IMG/VR virus record: IMGVR_UViG_3300008120_000440
Span: 5,127 to 69,126 of that record
Direction: 5' to 3' (one strand)
Source: a virus
Length of the DNA: 64,000 nucleotides
Numbering within the stretch: position 1 is the first letter of the stretch; every line of letters starts with the position of its first letter. This document shows positions 44,796 through 54,500 of the stretch, piece by piece. The notes under the pieces were generated by a model. That model was not told the origin of the DNA and did not search any database. It saw only the letters and a program-made list of their open reading frames with translations. The position numbers and the translations under genes were made by a program.

Positions 44796-46811
44796 ATGGC
44801 GTGGAACTCATCATCTAATAAGGGCGCGTCTGCGCCTAACAGCAAGGCGCTTGGACCTGGCGCCCCTATTGCCATGAACCCTGGTGTTGCTGGCAAGGCA
44901 TACCACGATATGTGGGACATTGAACGGGCATACCGAGAAGGAATGCAGAAGGTCACTTGGGTTTCAAGGTGCATTGATGCAATTGCTGGAAACCAAGCGC
45001 GACTTCCAATCATTTTGCGTAAAGACAACTCAAGAGATGGTGAAATCCTAAAAGGTCGCCGCGCACTTCGTTCACCGCTTTTGGAAATCCTAAACACCAA
45101 GTCAAATATGGGCGAAAACTCATTTATTTTTCGCTACCGACTTTCATCACAATTGATGCTCAGCACCCGCGGAGCGTTTATTGAAAAAGTTAGGGGTCGT
45201 GACGGAAGAATTATTGGTTTGAACTTGTTGCCACCGCAGCACACATCGCCAATCCCAGACCCTCGTAGATTTGTCTCTGGCTACGAGGTAACAATGCCTC
45301 ACGGAGAAACTGTAATTCTAAAACCAGAAGATGTTTGCTGGATTCGTCGCCCTCACCCGCTTGACCCGTACCTTTCGCTAACCCCCATGGAATCGGCTGG
45401 TGTCGCAATTGAAATTGAAAATCTCGCAAAGGTGTACAACAGGAACTATCTGCTAAACGATGGTCGCCCAGGTGGAATTCTTGTTGTAAAAGGTGAAATT
45501 GACGACGACGATAAAGATGAATTGCGCAATAGATTCAGGGGCAACCTAACGAGAGTTGGCTCAACAACTGTAATCTCGGCAGATGACGGTGTTGATTATG
45601 TTGATACATCGTCAAACCCGCGAGATGCCGCCTATGTTCAGATGCGACAAATTCAGAAAGAAGAAATTCTTGCAGCGTTTGGAGTACCAGAATCTGTAAT
45701 CGGTAATGCCTCTGGGCGAACATTCAGCAACGCAGCAGAAGAACATCGCGTTTTTTGGAACGAAACAATGCTTCCACATCTTGATTTGCTTGCTCGTGCA
45801 TTAGACGAACTTGACGAAGTTAACTATGTTGACTTTGATACATCACATGTTCCAATTCTGATTCTCTACAAGCAGGAGCGTTCGCGTTACCACCTTGACG
45901 AGTTCAATGCTGGCTTGCTGAGCGCGAATGAGTACAGAGATTCAACAGGTCGCAAGACCGTGAAGTCTGACCTTGCTGACTCGTTGTTGATGAACCCGAA
46001 CTTGACACCGATTGCAAACACTGAAAAAGAAATGGAACAAGCAGCACAAGGCGCAGTTCCAGGAATGCCAGGAATGCCTCCAGGGCAACCAGGAATGCCA
46101 GGAATGCCAGGGATGCCACCAGAAGCAGCAGGCGCACCTGGTCTTGAAGTTGGGCCAGATGGAAGCATGGCAAGCCCGCTTGACCCGAACACCATGGCTG
46201 GTTCGCTCGCCGCAGCACAAGCAGCACCACCTCCAGGTGGGGCAGCACCAGAGACAGCAATGGCTCCACCTCCAACAGCAGTCGCATCGGCTGAGCCATT
46301 TGGCGGAATTGAAACAAAACAGGAAAACCTTGAACTTGAGCGTTGGAAAGAAATTCTCGGTCGCAGTTTTGAGCGAGTAATTGAGCGTCAGCAACGGGTC
46401 ACAATGGAAAAAGTCAACGGCATGAAGTCAAAGAAGGCGCTTGCTGCTGGGACTCTTGACATTGAATCAATCTTTTCTGTTGAAATCTGGAATAAGCAGA
46501 TGGAAGAAGATATTCGTCCAGTGATTGCGACAATCATTCAAGATTCACAAGAAACTTCTAAGAAGTCGCTCAACAGGGTTGATGTAGTTTCTCAAATTGA
46601 TTCACACATTGCTCGCTTCAAGAGGGTCAACCAAGAAACGCATGAGCAACTTGTTTCCGCATACATGTCAGCATTGCCAGTGCCTAATGAAGACAATCGC
46701 AGCACCGTCTTTAGGGCCTCGTGTGTTGGTATCTTCACAAACTTGATGGCCAAGACCAGATACGAGGTTTCTGAATCAGAAGCCCGTCGTGCTTGGGGAT
46801 TTGCAAGTTAA
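44796..46811 (+). CDS. Portal protein (HK97 family) with Pro/Gly/Met linker and C-terminal extension
   Basis: VSRCIDAIA, LLNDGRPGG, EEILAAFGVP, TFSNA. Confidence 0.93.
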   Translation: MAWNSSSNKGASAPNSKALGPGAPIAMNPGVAGKAYHDMWDIERAYREGMQKVTWVSRCIDAIAGNQARLPIILRKDNSRDGEILKGRRALRSPLLEILNTKSNMGENSFIFRYRLSSQLMLSTRGAFIEKVRGRDGRIIGLNLLPPQHTSPIPDPRRFVSGYEVTMPHGETVILKPEDVCWIRRPHPLDPYLSLTPMESAGVAIEIENLAKVYNRNYLLNDGRPGGILVVKGEIDDDDKDELRNRFRGNLTRVGSTTVISADDGVDYVDTSSNPRDAAYVQMRQIQKEEILAAFGVPESVIGNASGRTFSNAAEEHRVFWNETMLPHLDLLARALDELDEVNYVDFDTSHVPILILYKQERSRYHLDEFNAGLLSANEYRDSTGRKTVKSDLADSLLMNPNLTPIANTEKEMEQAAQGAVPGMPGMPPGQPGMPGMPGMPPEAAGAPGLEVGPDGSMASPLDPNTMAGSLAAAQAAPPPGGAAPETAMAPPPTAVASAEPFGGIETKQENLELERWKEILGRSFERVIERQQRVTMEKVNGMKSKKALAAGTLDIESIFSVEIWNKQMEEDIRPVIATIIQDSQETSKKSLNRVDVVSQIDSHIARFKRVNQETHEQLVSAYMSALPVPNEDNRSTVFRASCVGIFTNLMAKTRYEVSESEARRAWGFAS

Positions 46812-46856
46812 TTTCAGTAATTAGTTTAATTTACTGAAACTATAAAGAATACTTGC
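46803..46856. promoter_or_regulatory. Inverted repeat between portal and protease genes
   Basis: TTTCAGTAA-N10-TTACTGAAA with outer GCAAGT/ACTTGC arms. Confidence 0.45.
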
Positions 46857-46908
46857 TTCAATTTGCGATGTCTGTCGTTTATTATCGTTAGTACGCAAGG
46901 ACGGCATT

Positions 46909-49900
46909 ATGTACAACGAAATTCAATTCAAAGCAAACTCTGGTCAGGTAAACATTGACCAAGCAGAAGGAATTGTTGAATGCTTCGTTGCTGGAATTGG
47001 TAATAAGGACTCAGTAGGCGACATTGTTCTCTCTGGCGCTTTCACAAAGAGTCTTATGCGCCGCAAGCCTCGTGTTGTTTGGGGCCACAACTGGAATGAC
47101 CCAATCGGGAAAGTTCTTGAAATTTACGAAGTCCCATCAAGCGACCCTCGTCTTCCAGCAAAAATGAAAATGGCTGGCATTGGTGGTCTATTTGCAAAAG
47201 TCCAATTCAACCTCAACTCAGAAAAAGGGCGAGAGGCTTTCGCAAATGTTGCGTTCTTTGGTGTGGAACAAGAGTGGTCAATTGGGTACAAAACACTTGA
47301 TGCAATTTTTGACAACACCCGTCAAGCAAACTTGCTGCGAGAGGTTGAACTCTACGAAGTATCTCCAGTTCTTCACGGTGCAAACCAATTGACTGGAACA
47401 ATCTCCGTTAAGAGCGACGAAGAGAAGATGCACATGATGGGCGGAATGGGAATGCCACAGGCAGTTGTCATTGCCCGACCAGAGTACGAAGGTCCGCAAG
47501 AACCTCGTGACCCATTTGCGATGGGCGTAGCACAACCCCTTTCTGATGAGCGCCGTTCAGCCGTTCAGCAAGAACTAATCAGCCGAACTGGCGGACCTAT
47601 TCATGTGCTTAAAGCAACAGAGTCATCTGTCGTTTTCATGAAGCCAGGTCGTGGATTATTCAGACTTGGTTACTACTTTGACGGCGAGCAATTCATGTTT
47701 GGCAAGCCAGAGCCAATGGGTCAGAAACCAGTCGCGGTTGTTCAGAATGTTCCGCCACGACCAAACATTTCTGGTCCAACGCCAATTCCTGGAATTAGCG
47801 GAAAGCCAAACATTGGGTCGCCAGCCGCACAGTACCCAACACCTGCGCCACAAGACGACATGAGTTTGATGTTCGGAATGGTCAAGCCAAAGGGAACTGA
47901 AAAGTCTCTTGAAGACGAAATTGACATGCTTCTTGAGAAGATTGACAATGATGAAAATGTTTCAATCAAGTCAGACGCAATTGAAAAACTTAACTCGGTT
48001 GTAAGAACTTTGCAAGAAATAATCGGCACCGAAGTTGAAGAAAAGTCTGAACTAATTATTCAATGCGCCCCAGAGCATGCCTTTGAAGCAAAGCAACTTC
48101 TTGACCCAGTTTTTGATTACCACCAAGTTGAAACACTGGTTACTGAAGAGGGAATTCTCATCACATCAGACATTGACCTTGACGCATACCAAGCAATTGA
48201 GACTGCAACAAAGTCGCTATTTGGCCGCATTGGACGGAGAATAGGGCCAGGTGGTCCAAAAAAAGGTAGGCGCGCAGCGCGCGCTCTCACCCAGATAGAA
48301 GGAGTCCTAGACCCTTCAAAGCGTCGCGATGTTGATGGCGACGGCATGATTTTTGACGGAACTTGGCGAGAGATGCCAGACCCAACACGGGCTGTTCCAA
48401 ACGCAACTGGCTTGATGTCAACAAGGCAGCGAAATACCATCCCTAAGTCTGATGAAAAGTTAAATGTCAGACTTACTCGCACCCAAGCAACAAAAATGCT
48501 TGATGGCATTAAAAAACTTTCTGGCAGCGATTCAGACGGCCCACTAAAGGACCTTCGTGATGAAATTGACCGCCGTAAGTACATCGGCGACCCAAACATC
48601 TCGCCAAGCATGCTTGATTCTGCTCTTGAAGAAGTAAACAATCGTAAGGCAAATGGTGAAGCCGTTGATAAATTCCTTGAAGACGCCCTCAACGAAATGA
48701 AAACAACTGGCGCATTCGGGCAAAATAATGCGCGCAGTCGTGCTGGTCGCCCAACTGGCGCTGCAGCACCCAAAAAAGAAGGTCAGCAGAATTTTGCAGG
48801 ATATTCATTTGAAAAAGTAAAACCAGAAGGCTGGGACCTAATGTCCCTTGAGGATAAAGAAAACTGGCTTGCAACATCAGCGACTACGGCCAAACTTGCG
48901 ACTCGCGACAGAGACAGAATTCTGGCGCAGGTCTACGAGGAAATGGATAGGCGCGATAGGAGGGCTCAGGCTCGCCAGCGTTCGGTCGGTCGCGCTGCTA
49001 CTGCTCCAAAACCAGAGCCAAAGCCAGAGCCAAAACCAGAAGCAAAGCCAGAACCAAAGGCTTCAAAGCAAACCGATGATGACCTGACCATAGACCCTGC
49101 GCTACTTCGCAAGCGGTATCAATCCTTGACCGATGACGAAAAAGAAGAAGTTGACATCTATGAGGCCGCCGTTATCGGGAAACTGACAGAGCGACTTCGT
49201 GCAACTAACGCAAAACTTGATGAAACTGGCAAAAACGATGTTGCCGAATTAGTCAACAACGCGCTATCGGAAATTGACAACGCACTTGGCGATGGTGCAA
49301 ATGAAGATGCAATTAATGACGCACAAGACGCAATCTCAAAACTGCTAAGGGAATTGAACACCTCGTACGGTCCAAAGCCTAAGAAGCCAAAAGCCGAAGA
49401 AGAAGGCAAGCCAGAAACACCAGACAAAATTTCTAGTGCTGCTGGAAAATTTAGGAGTTACTTCACGACCGTTAACGAGGCGCTTGACAAAATGCTTGAG
49501 CGCCGTCGCGAATCCACTGCGGACAGAGGCGACGAAGGCGAGTTGGACCTATCCGAAAGAGCGGTCTCGGGCCGAGTTCGCGGATTTGACGAAACAGATA
49601 TTCCGTCAAGAATGCAGAACTCGCTAAAACTTGCACGCTCATACAGGGATGCAAGTTCCCGACGAAAGACTTCAGGTGCAGGTCTCACATTCCAGAATAG
49701 AACCCCAGGTGGATTGCGCTCTGAAAGGGGCAAAGTTGAACCTCGGACTGAAATCATCGCTGAGGCAACTTGGTGGAAGAAGATTGAAGAATCACTTCCG
49801 AAGGAAATACGAGAAGCAAAAGACAAGGCAACATCTGACGCCCTGACAAGACTGTCAACCTTGCTCAAGCGTCAAGAGTCTGGAAAAACTGGTTCCCGTA

Positions 49901-50106
49901 GAACAAATGTTGGAACCCTGAATGTCACTCAAAGCGAAGCGGACTCAATCCTTGACGCCGTGATGACAGTTGTTGACCGACAAATGGAAAAAGGTGGTTC
50001 GCGAGGAGAGATTTTTGCTGAACTTCTGGAGAAGATTGCACAATCATCAATGTCTACATTTATAGAAAAAGCAACTCCATCGGCAGAAAAACCGAAAAGA
50101 AACTAG
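46909..50106 (+). CDS. HK97-type prohead protease fused to about 900 aa of extra sequence
   Basis: DSVGDIV..GAF, WGHNW..PIG, WSIGY, LYEVSPVLHGAN. Confidence 0.9.
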   Translation: MYNEIQFKANSGQVNIDQAEGIVECFVAGIGNKDSVGDIVLSGAFTKSLMRRKPRVVWGHNWNDPIGKVLEIYEVPSSDPRLPAKMKMAGIGGLFAKVQFNLNSEKGREAFANVAFFGVEQEWSIGYKTLDAIFDNTRQANLLREVELYEVSPVLHGANQLTGTISVKSDEEKMHMMGGMGMPQAVVIARPEYEGPQEPRDPFAMGVAQPLSDERRSAVQQELISRTGGPIHVLKATESSVVFMKPGRGLFRLGYYFDGEQFMFGKPEPMGQKPVAVVQNVPPRPNISGPTPIPGISGKPNIGSPAAQYPTPAPQDDMSLMFGMVKPKGTEKSLEDEIDMLLEKIDNDENVSIKSDAIEKLNSVVRTLQEIIGTEVEEKSELIIQCAPEHAFEAKQLLDPVFDYHQVETLVTEEGILITSDIDLDAYQAIETATKSLFGRIGRRIGPGGPKKGRRAARALTQIEGVLDPSKRRDVDGDGMIFDGTWREMPDPTRAVPNATGLMSTRQRNTIPKSDEKLNVRLTRTQATKMLDGIKKLSGSDSDGPLKDLRDEIDRRKYIGDPNISPSMLDSALEEVNNRKANGEAVDKFLEDALNEMKTTGAFGQNNARSRAGRPTGAAAPKKEGQQNFAGYSFEKVKPEGWDLMSLEDKENWLATSATTAKLATRDRDRILAQVYEEMDRRDRRAQARQRSVGRAATAPKPEPKPEPKPEAKPEPKASKQTDDDLTIDPALLRKRYQSLTDDEKEEVDIYEAAVIGKLTERLRATNAKLDETGKNDVAELVNNALSEIDNALGDGANEDAINDAQDAISKLLRELNTSYGPKPKKPKAEEEGKPETPDKISSAAGKFRSYFTTVNEALDKMLERRRESTADRGDEGELDLSERAVSGRVRGFDETDIPSRMQNSLKLARSYRDASSRRKTSGAGLTFQNRTPGGLRSERGKVEPRTEIIAEATWWKKIEESLPKEIREAKDKATSDALTRLSTLLKRQESGKTGSRRTNVGTLNVTQSEADSILDAVMTVVDRQMEKGGSRGEIFAELLEKIAQSSMSTFIEKATPSAEKPKRN

Positions 50107-50161
50107 TTTGATAAGAAATCGCGATTAAAGCGATAGTTCCGCCATATAACACGCGGTGAAG

Positions 50162-50256
50162 TATAATTTGTCAAATAGAAATTTTCATATAACGAGGTAA
50201 GTGGTGTTGTCGCGTCAGCGACTTCATTTCTTTCTGCGGCAACACTTCTAAGGAGT
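50162..50256 (+). promoter_or_regulatory. TATAAT box and structured 5' leader
   Basis: GTGTTGTCGC (50204) can pair with GCGGCAACAC (50236) or with inner GCGAC (50218); AAGGAG RBS follows. Confidence 0.4.
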
Positions 50257-50263
50257 TAGTAAA

Positions 50264-51529
50264 ATGGGCGAGTACGGCGATAAAGCAGTAGTAAAGATTG
50301 ATGCTGACGGTTCGGTGCTCAAGTGCGCTAAATCTCTTGGCGCAGAAGAATGCGGATTTACTCCTGGCGCAAAAGTTTGCGGCAAGTGCGGAGCAATGCC
50401 ATTGCAAATGAAGGCAATGATGGAAGACGAAGAAGAAGAGATGCCAGAAGAGGAAATGGTTGAAGACATTTCCACAGACGAAGAGATGCCTGCGCCAAAG
50501 AAGAAGCCTGTTGCTCCAATGGCCGAAGAAGAAGACGAAGAAGAAGAAGAAGAGGAAGACGAAGAAGAGCCAATGGCTGGCGACATGGAAGCCATGCGCA
50601 ATCGTCGTCTTGCTTCAATGGGAATGAAGTCCGCTGATGTTGGTCGCACTGGATACCTGTGTGCGGTTGACCGCAAGGTGTACCCAGGCGGAACTGGCGT
50701 CTGCGATGACTGCCCAGGTGGATGCGTTTCCGAAAAAGGAATGCCAGGCTTGCTCCATGTTGAAGGTCTTGCAGAAGACATGTTTGAAGGAAAGATTCTT
50801 GACTCTGGATACTCAGCAGAGGCAGACATGTTCGTTGTTGATGTTCAAGCAAAAGACGGTCGCGCGGTTGAAGTCTTCGTTGACGGAACTAACGGCGAAG
50901 TTCTTGGCTGGCACAAACTTGACCAAGATGCATTTGAGCAGAAGTCACTTCTTGACGAGATGATGCTCATTGACTTCAATGAGGCAGCAGAAATTGCAGT
51001 CAAGTCAATTGAAGGAAGCGTAGTTGCTGTAGAGCCAGATGTATTTGAAGGCTACGACGCATACGCTGTTGAAATTGACGGCATTGATGGCAAGTCTTAC
51101 GATGTGTTCGTTGCTCTTGATGGTGAAGTCCTTGGTTACGACAAGTACGAGCCAGAGGAAGCAGAAGACATTGAAGCCGAAGCAGCAGAAATTGCTCTCA
51201 AGCGTGCATTCACTGAAGACCAACGAACCGCAATGGCCAAAGAAGGCAACGCTCTTCCAGACGGCTCATACCCAATCGGCAACAAGGGTGATTTGCAGAA
51301 TGCAATTTCCGCTTATGGTCGCGCTAAGGACAAAGAGGCAGCAAAGCGTCACATCATGAAGCGCGCAAAAGAACTCGGTGCTGAAAGCATGATTCCAGCG
51401 AACTGGCTTGCTGGAGGAGCAGAAATGAGCAAGAAGGATGACGACAGCATTGAAGTCGCTGACAACAGTTTCATGGCATCATTGCTTGAGTTTGAACTCC
51501 TTAATGCCGAAGAAGACAACAACCTCTAA
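50264..51529 (+). CDS. Acidic head-region protein: Cys clusters, PepSY-like repeats, C-terminal DUF6582-like domain
   Basis: CGKC, CDDC; AAEIAVKSIEG...YAVEI...DVFV..DGEVLG; ALPDGSYPI...DLQNAI. Confidence 0.65.
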   Translation: MGEYGDKAVVKIDADGSVLKCAKSLGAEECGFTPGAKVCGKCGAMPLQMKAMMEDEEEEMPEEEMVEDISTDEEMPAPKKKPVAPMAEEEDEEEEEEEDEEEPMAGDMEAMRNRRLASMGMKSADVGRTGYLCAVDRKVYPGGTGVCDDCPGGCVSEKGMPGLLHVEGLAEDMFEGKILDSGYSAEADMFVVDVQAKDGRAVEVFVDGTNGEVLGWHKLDQDAFEQKSLLDEMMLIDFNEAAEIAVKSIEGSVVAVEPDVFEGYDAYAVEIDGIDGKSYDVFVALDGEVLGYDKYEPEEAEDIEAEAAEIALKRAFTEDQRTAMAKEGNALPDGSYPIGNKGDLQNAISAYGRAKDKEAAKRHIMKRAKELGAESMIPANWLAGGAEMSKKDDDSIEVADNSFMASLLEFELLNAEEDNNL

Positions 51530-51567
51530 AAAGAATCAAAAACAGATTCTAGAAATTGGAGCCCGTC

Positions 51568-54500
51568 ATGACGGGTAAATCACTTCGTCTTACACGCACG
51601 CTTGTAAGCAGGAAGTTTGCACCGCCAAAATCGGCAGACGAACGCGCCATTGAGTTTCTTGCATCAAAAAAAGAAGTTGTTACAAAGTCATTTGACGCTG
51701 AACTTTCCGTAAAAGCACTCGGCAAAAATGTTGGTAAAAAGCCGCCGTCTGCAGATAACAAGGAAAAGCGCAAAAAGGGCAAAGGCCCAAACAAAAGGTT
51801 CGGCCTTGCTGTTTTTGACCCTAACGCAAAGAAAAAAACTGGTCAGGTTTTCATTCCATGGATTGCTCAATGGGGGAGAACTGGAAGTGATGAGTTTCCA
51901 AACTTTGGCTGGATAGACCCAATCGCCGAATTAAAGCCAAGTCAAACAAGTGCGCGAATGGCGCAGGCTAGCGAAAAAAAGAAGAACGGAGTTAGCGTCA
52001 CTTACTCGGATGTTGTGCGGAATCCACGGACTGGAGAATTTGATACAAAATCGCTAGGAAGGACTATTGGTCAACTTGTTCCAGGTGGAGAAATAGCAAC
52101 ACGAGCAGCATCGGCACTCGGTCTCTGGCAGGATGCCGCTGGAAAACTGCGATGTCCACCTGGCGTTCCTGCGGCCAACCAATTCACCGACTCATCTGGC
52201 TCAAACTGTTTTGACATCACTGAAGGAATGGCAAGCAGGCTTTTGCGGTCAACAATAAATCAAAACCTTTCTCTAATTGATGACATGTCTTTGCTGAATG
52301 AAGCAATGACCTATTCTCCAAAAGAAAGATTTGTCATAGATGGGAGAACAGCCAGGTTCCCAGAAAAACGATACGACAGTTTGGTTGACATCGTTAGTGG
52401 TCTTGCAAGTTCAAGAGCGCGCATAGAGATGACTGATGGAAAGCGTACTGTTTGGTTGCCGTTTGATGATACCGACCTGATTGATGAAGCAGGAGCGGAA
52501 GGGTTCAAGCGAACAGGCCGTATAGAACCAGGGTCAGGCTCTGCGGCATCCGCAACGCCAATTATAAAAGTTGATGCAGTTCCAGAAGTCCCAGAGTCGG
52601 CAGATGATTTAATCGGTCCAGACTCACTCCCGATTGCACGAATTGACCCAGATGCATTTGCTGCTGAAGTTCGTGCTCGTGTTCTTGATGCTCACCCAGA
52701 CATAACTCCAGAAGAACTAGACAGAATCGTCATGCTCGCCGAGCAAAAAGCACGAATGACCGATGCTCTTAACGGAAGAATTGATGTTGCTCTGCAACTC
52801 ATGAAAGACCTTGGAATAGATATAGACCCAAGCAGCCCGCAAAGCGTCAGTGCTGGATATATGAAGGCGATGGAGGAACTCCGCAAGGCTGGATGGGACA
52901 TCAACTTTGAAGACACTCTATGGACGGGTGTTGATAGAACTCTTCCATTTGAGGAGCAAGTCGCTCAGCATCACGCCAATGTGTTGAACATGATTGTTCA
53001 GAACATGGTTAAAGACCCTGATGGCACTCTTGAAGCGAGGGATGCTTCGGTTGTCAAGAGGATGTGGACTGGTTTAACCAAAAAGAAAAAAGAAGAAGCA
53101 ATTCGCAACGCAACGATGGCTTACCTAAATGGCGACGCTCCAGAAACATTGAAGACTGACCTAGAGCGAGCACTTCATCGCAACATGGCTCACAGAATGA
53201 ATAACTATTTTGCAGCCGAACACGGATTCATGCTTGGGATGCTGGCTGAACACAAAATGAATCCAGCAAAAGCAGAATTGCTAAAGCGCGTCGGTGTTAT
53301 GGACCCATTTGACCCCCGTGTTGGAACTGGTCTTGAAGCGATGGTTGTTCCAGATAAAGATGGAAACATATCAATGCTTTGGAACCCGTTGGGCATGGTT
53401 CTTGATGGTAAGCCACCAGCGCCAAGAAACCCAAAAGCATGGCGTTTATACGGAACTAGCGGAAGCGGACTTGAAGTCTCAAAAATTGACGAAGTGAAGA
53501 AAGCGGTTGACTCTGCAACAAAGATGGCGATGCTCAACGACATGTTGGGCGGAGATGTTTTTGACTCAATTAAAACCCATGGATATATGGGTGATGTGGC
53601 AAAAAATCATGGTGGAGCAATTGGCCATGCGATGTTTGTCTTCCAGCACGAAATGACACACGCACAACAGTACGCAATGGTTATGTACATGATTTCTCAT
53701 GACAAAAAAGGTCGCCGTATAAGCACGCTGTCAAATGTTGAAATTGCAAAACTTGCGGATGACATAATTACTGGAAATTTCCCAGGGCTTACAATGGAGA
53801 TGCTCTTCGCTGACGAAAAAGCGATGTCGGCGGTTCATGCAAAAGTTGGCATTGTTATGGACTCAATGGTCAAGGATGGAATGTCTGGCATTTATCCACG
53901 AATGCATCTTGAGACAATGCACATACTAAATAAAATAATGGACTTAAAAGATGAAGACCGAGCAACCTTCATCAACGACCTTGAGGATAGGTTCGCAACA
54001 CTTCGCGAGCGTTCGGGGTTTGATAAAGACCTAACCCCAGAAGAGTCAATGGAACTAAAAGTTCTTAATCACGCTATTTCAACAATACGAGGCATTGATT
54101 CATTTGATGATGAGCAATTACAAAATTCGGTTAGAAATCAACGCGCTTTAATGTTTGCTGAATCAGCCGCCGAATTAAGTGCCGCTCGCGCGATGGGGAT
54201 AATTGACCCCAAGGATGAAAGTGTAACTGCCGCGCTTGCCCACCTTGATGCCCCAATGGACAAGGTTGCGAAAGAAGTCGTAGCAGTAAAAGAATCAAAG
54301 AAGCGCAAGTGGCTGGAGCGAGCAGTTGGCGCAGTTGAGTTTTTTAGCGACTTGAAAAATTCAGAATGGTCACTTGAGCAAGCATCTTCTGGAGATATGC
54401 CACTAACAATAAATCTTGTCCGTAGGAAGCGCTGGCGCGAAGGCTCAGAGATGGTCGTATCTGAATCAGTAGCAGAATTGTTTACAGTGTCTCTTGAGGA

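Noticed and set aside
49005-50570. PKPE repeats and GAA-rich poly-Glu run as DNA-level elements
   Set aside because: Explained as low-complexity protein linkers
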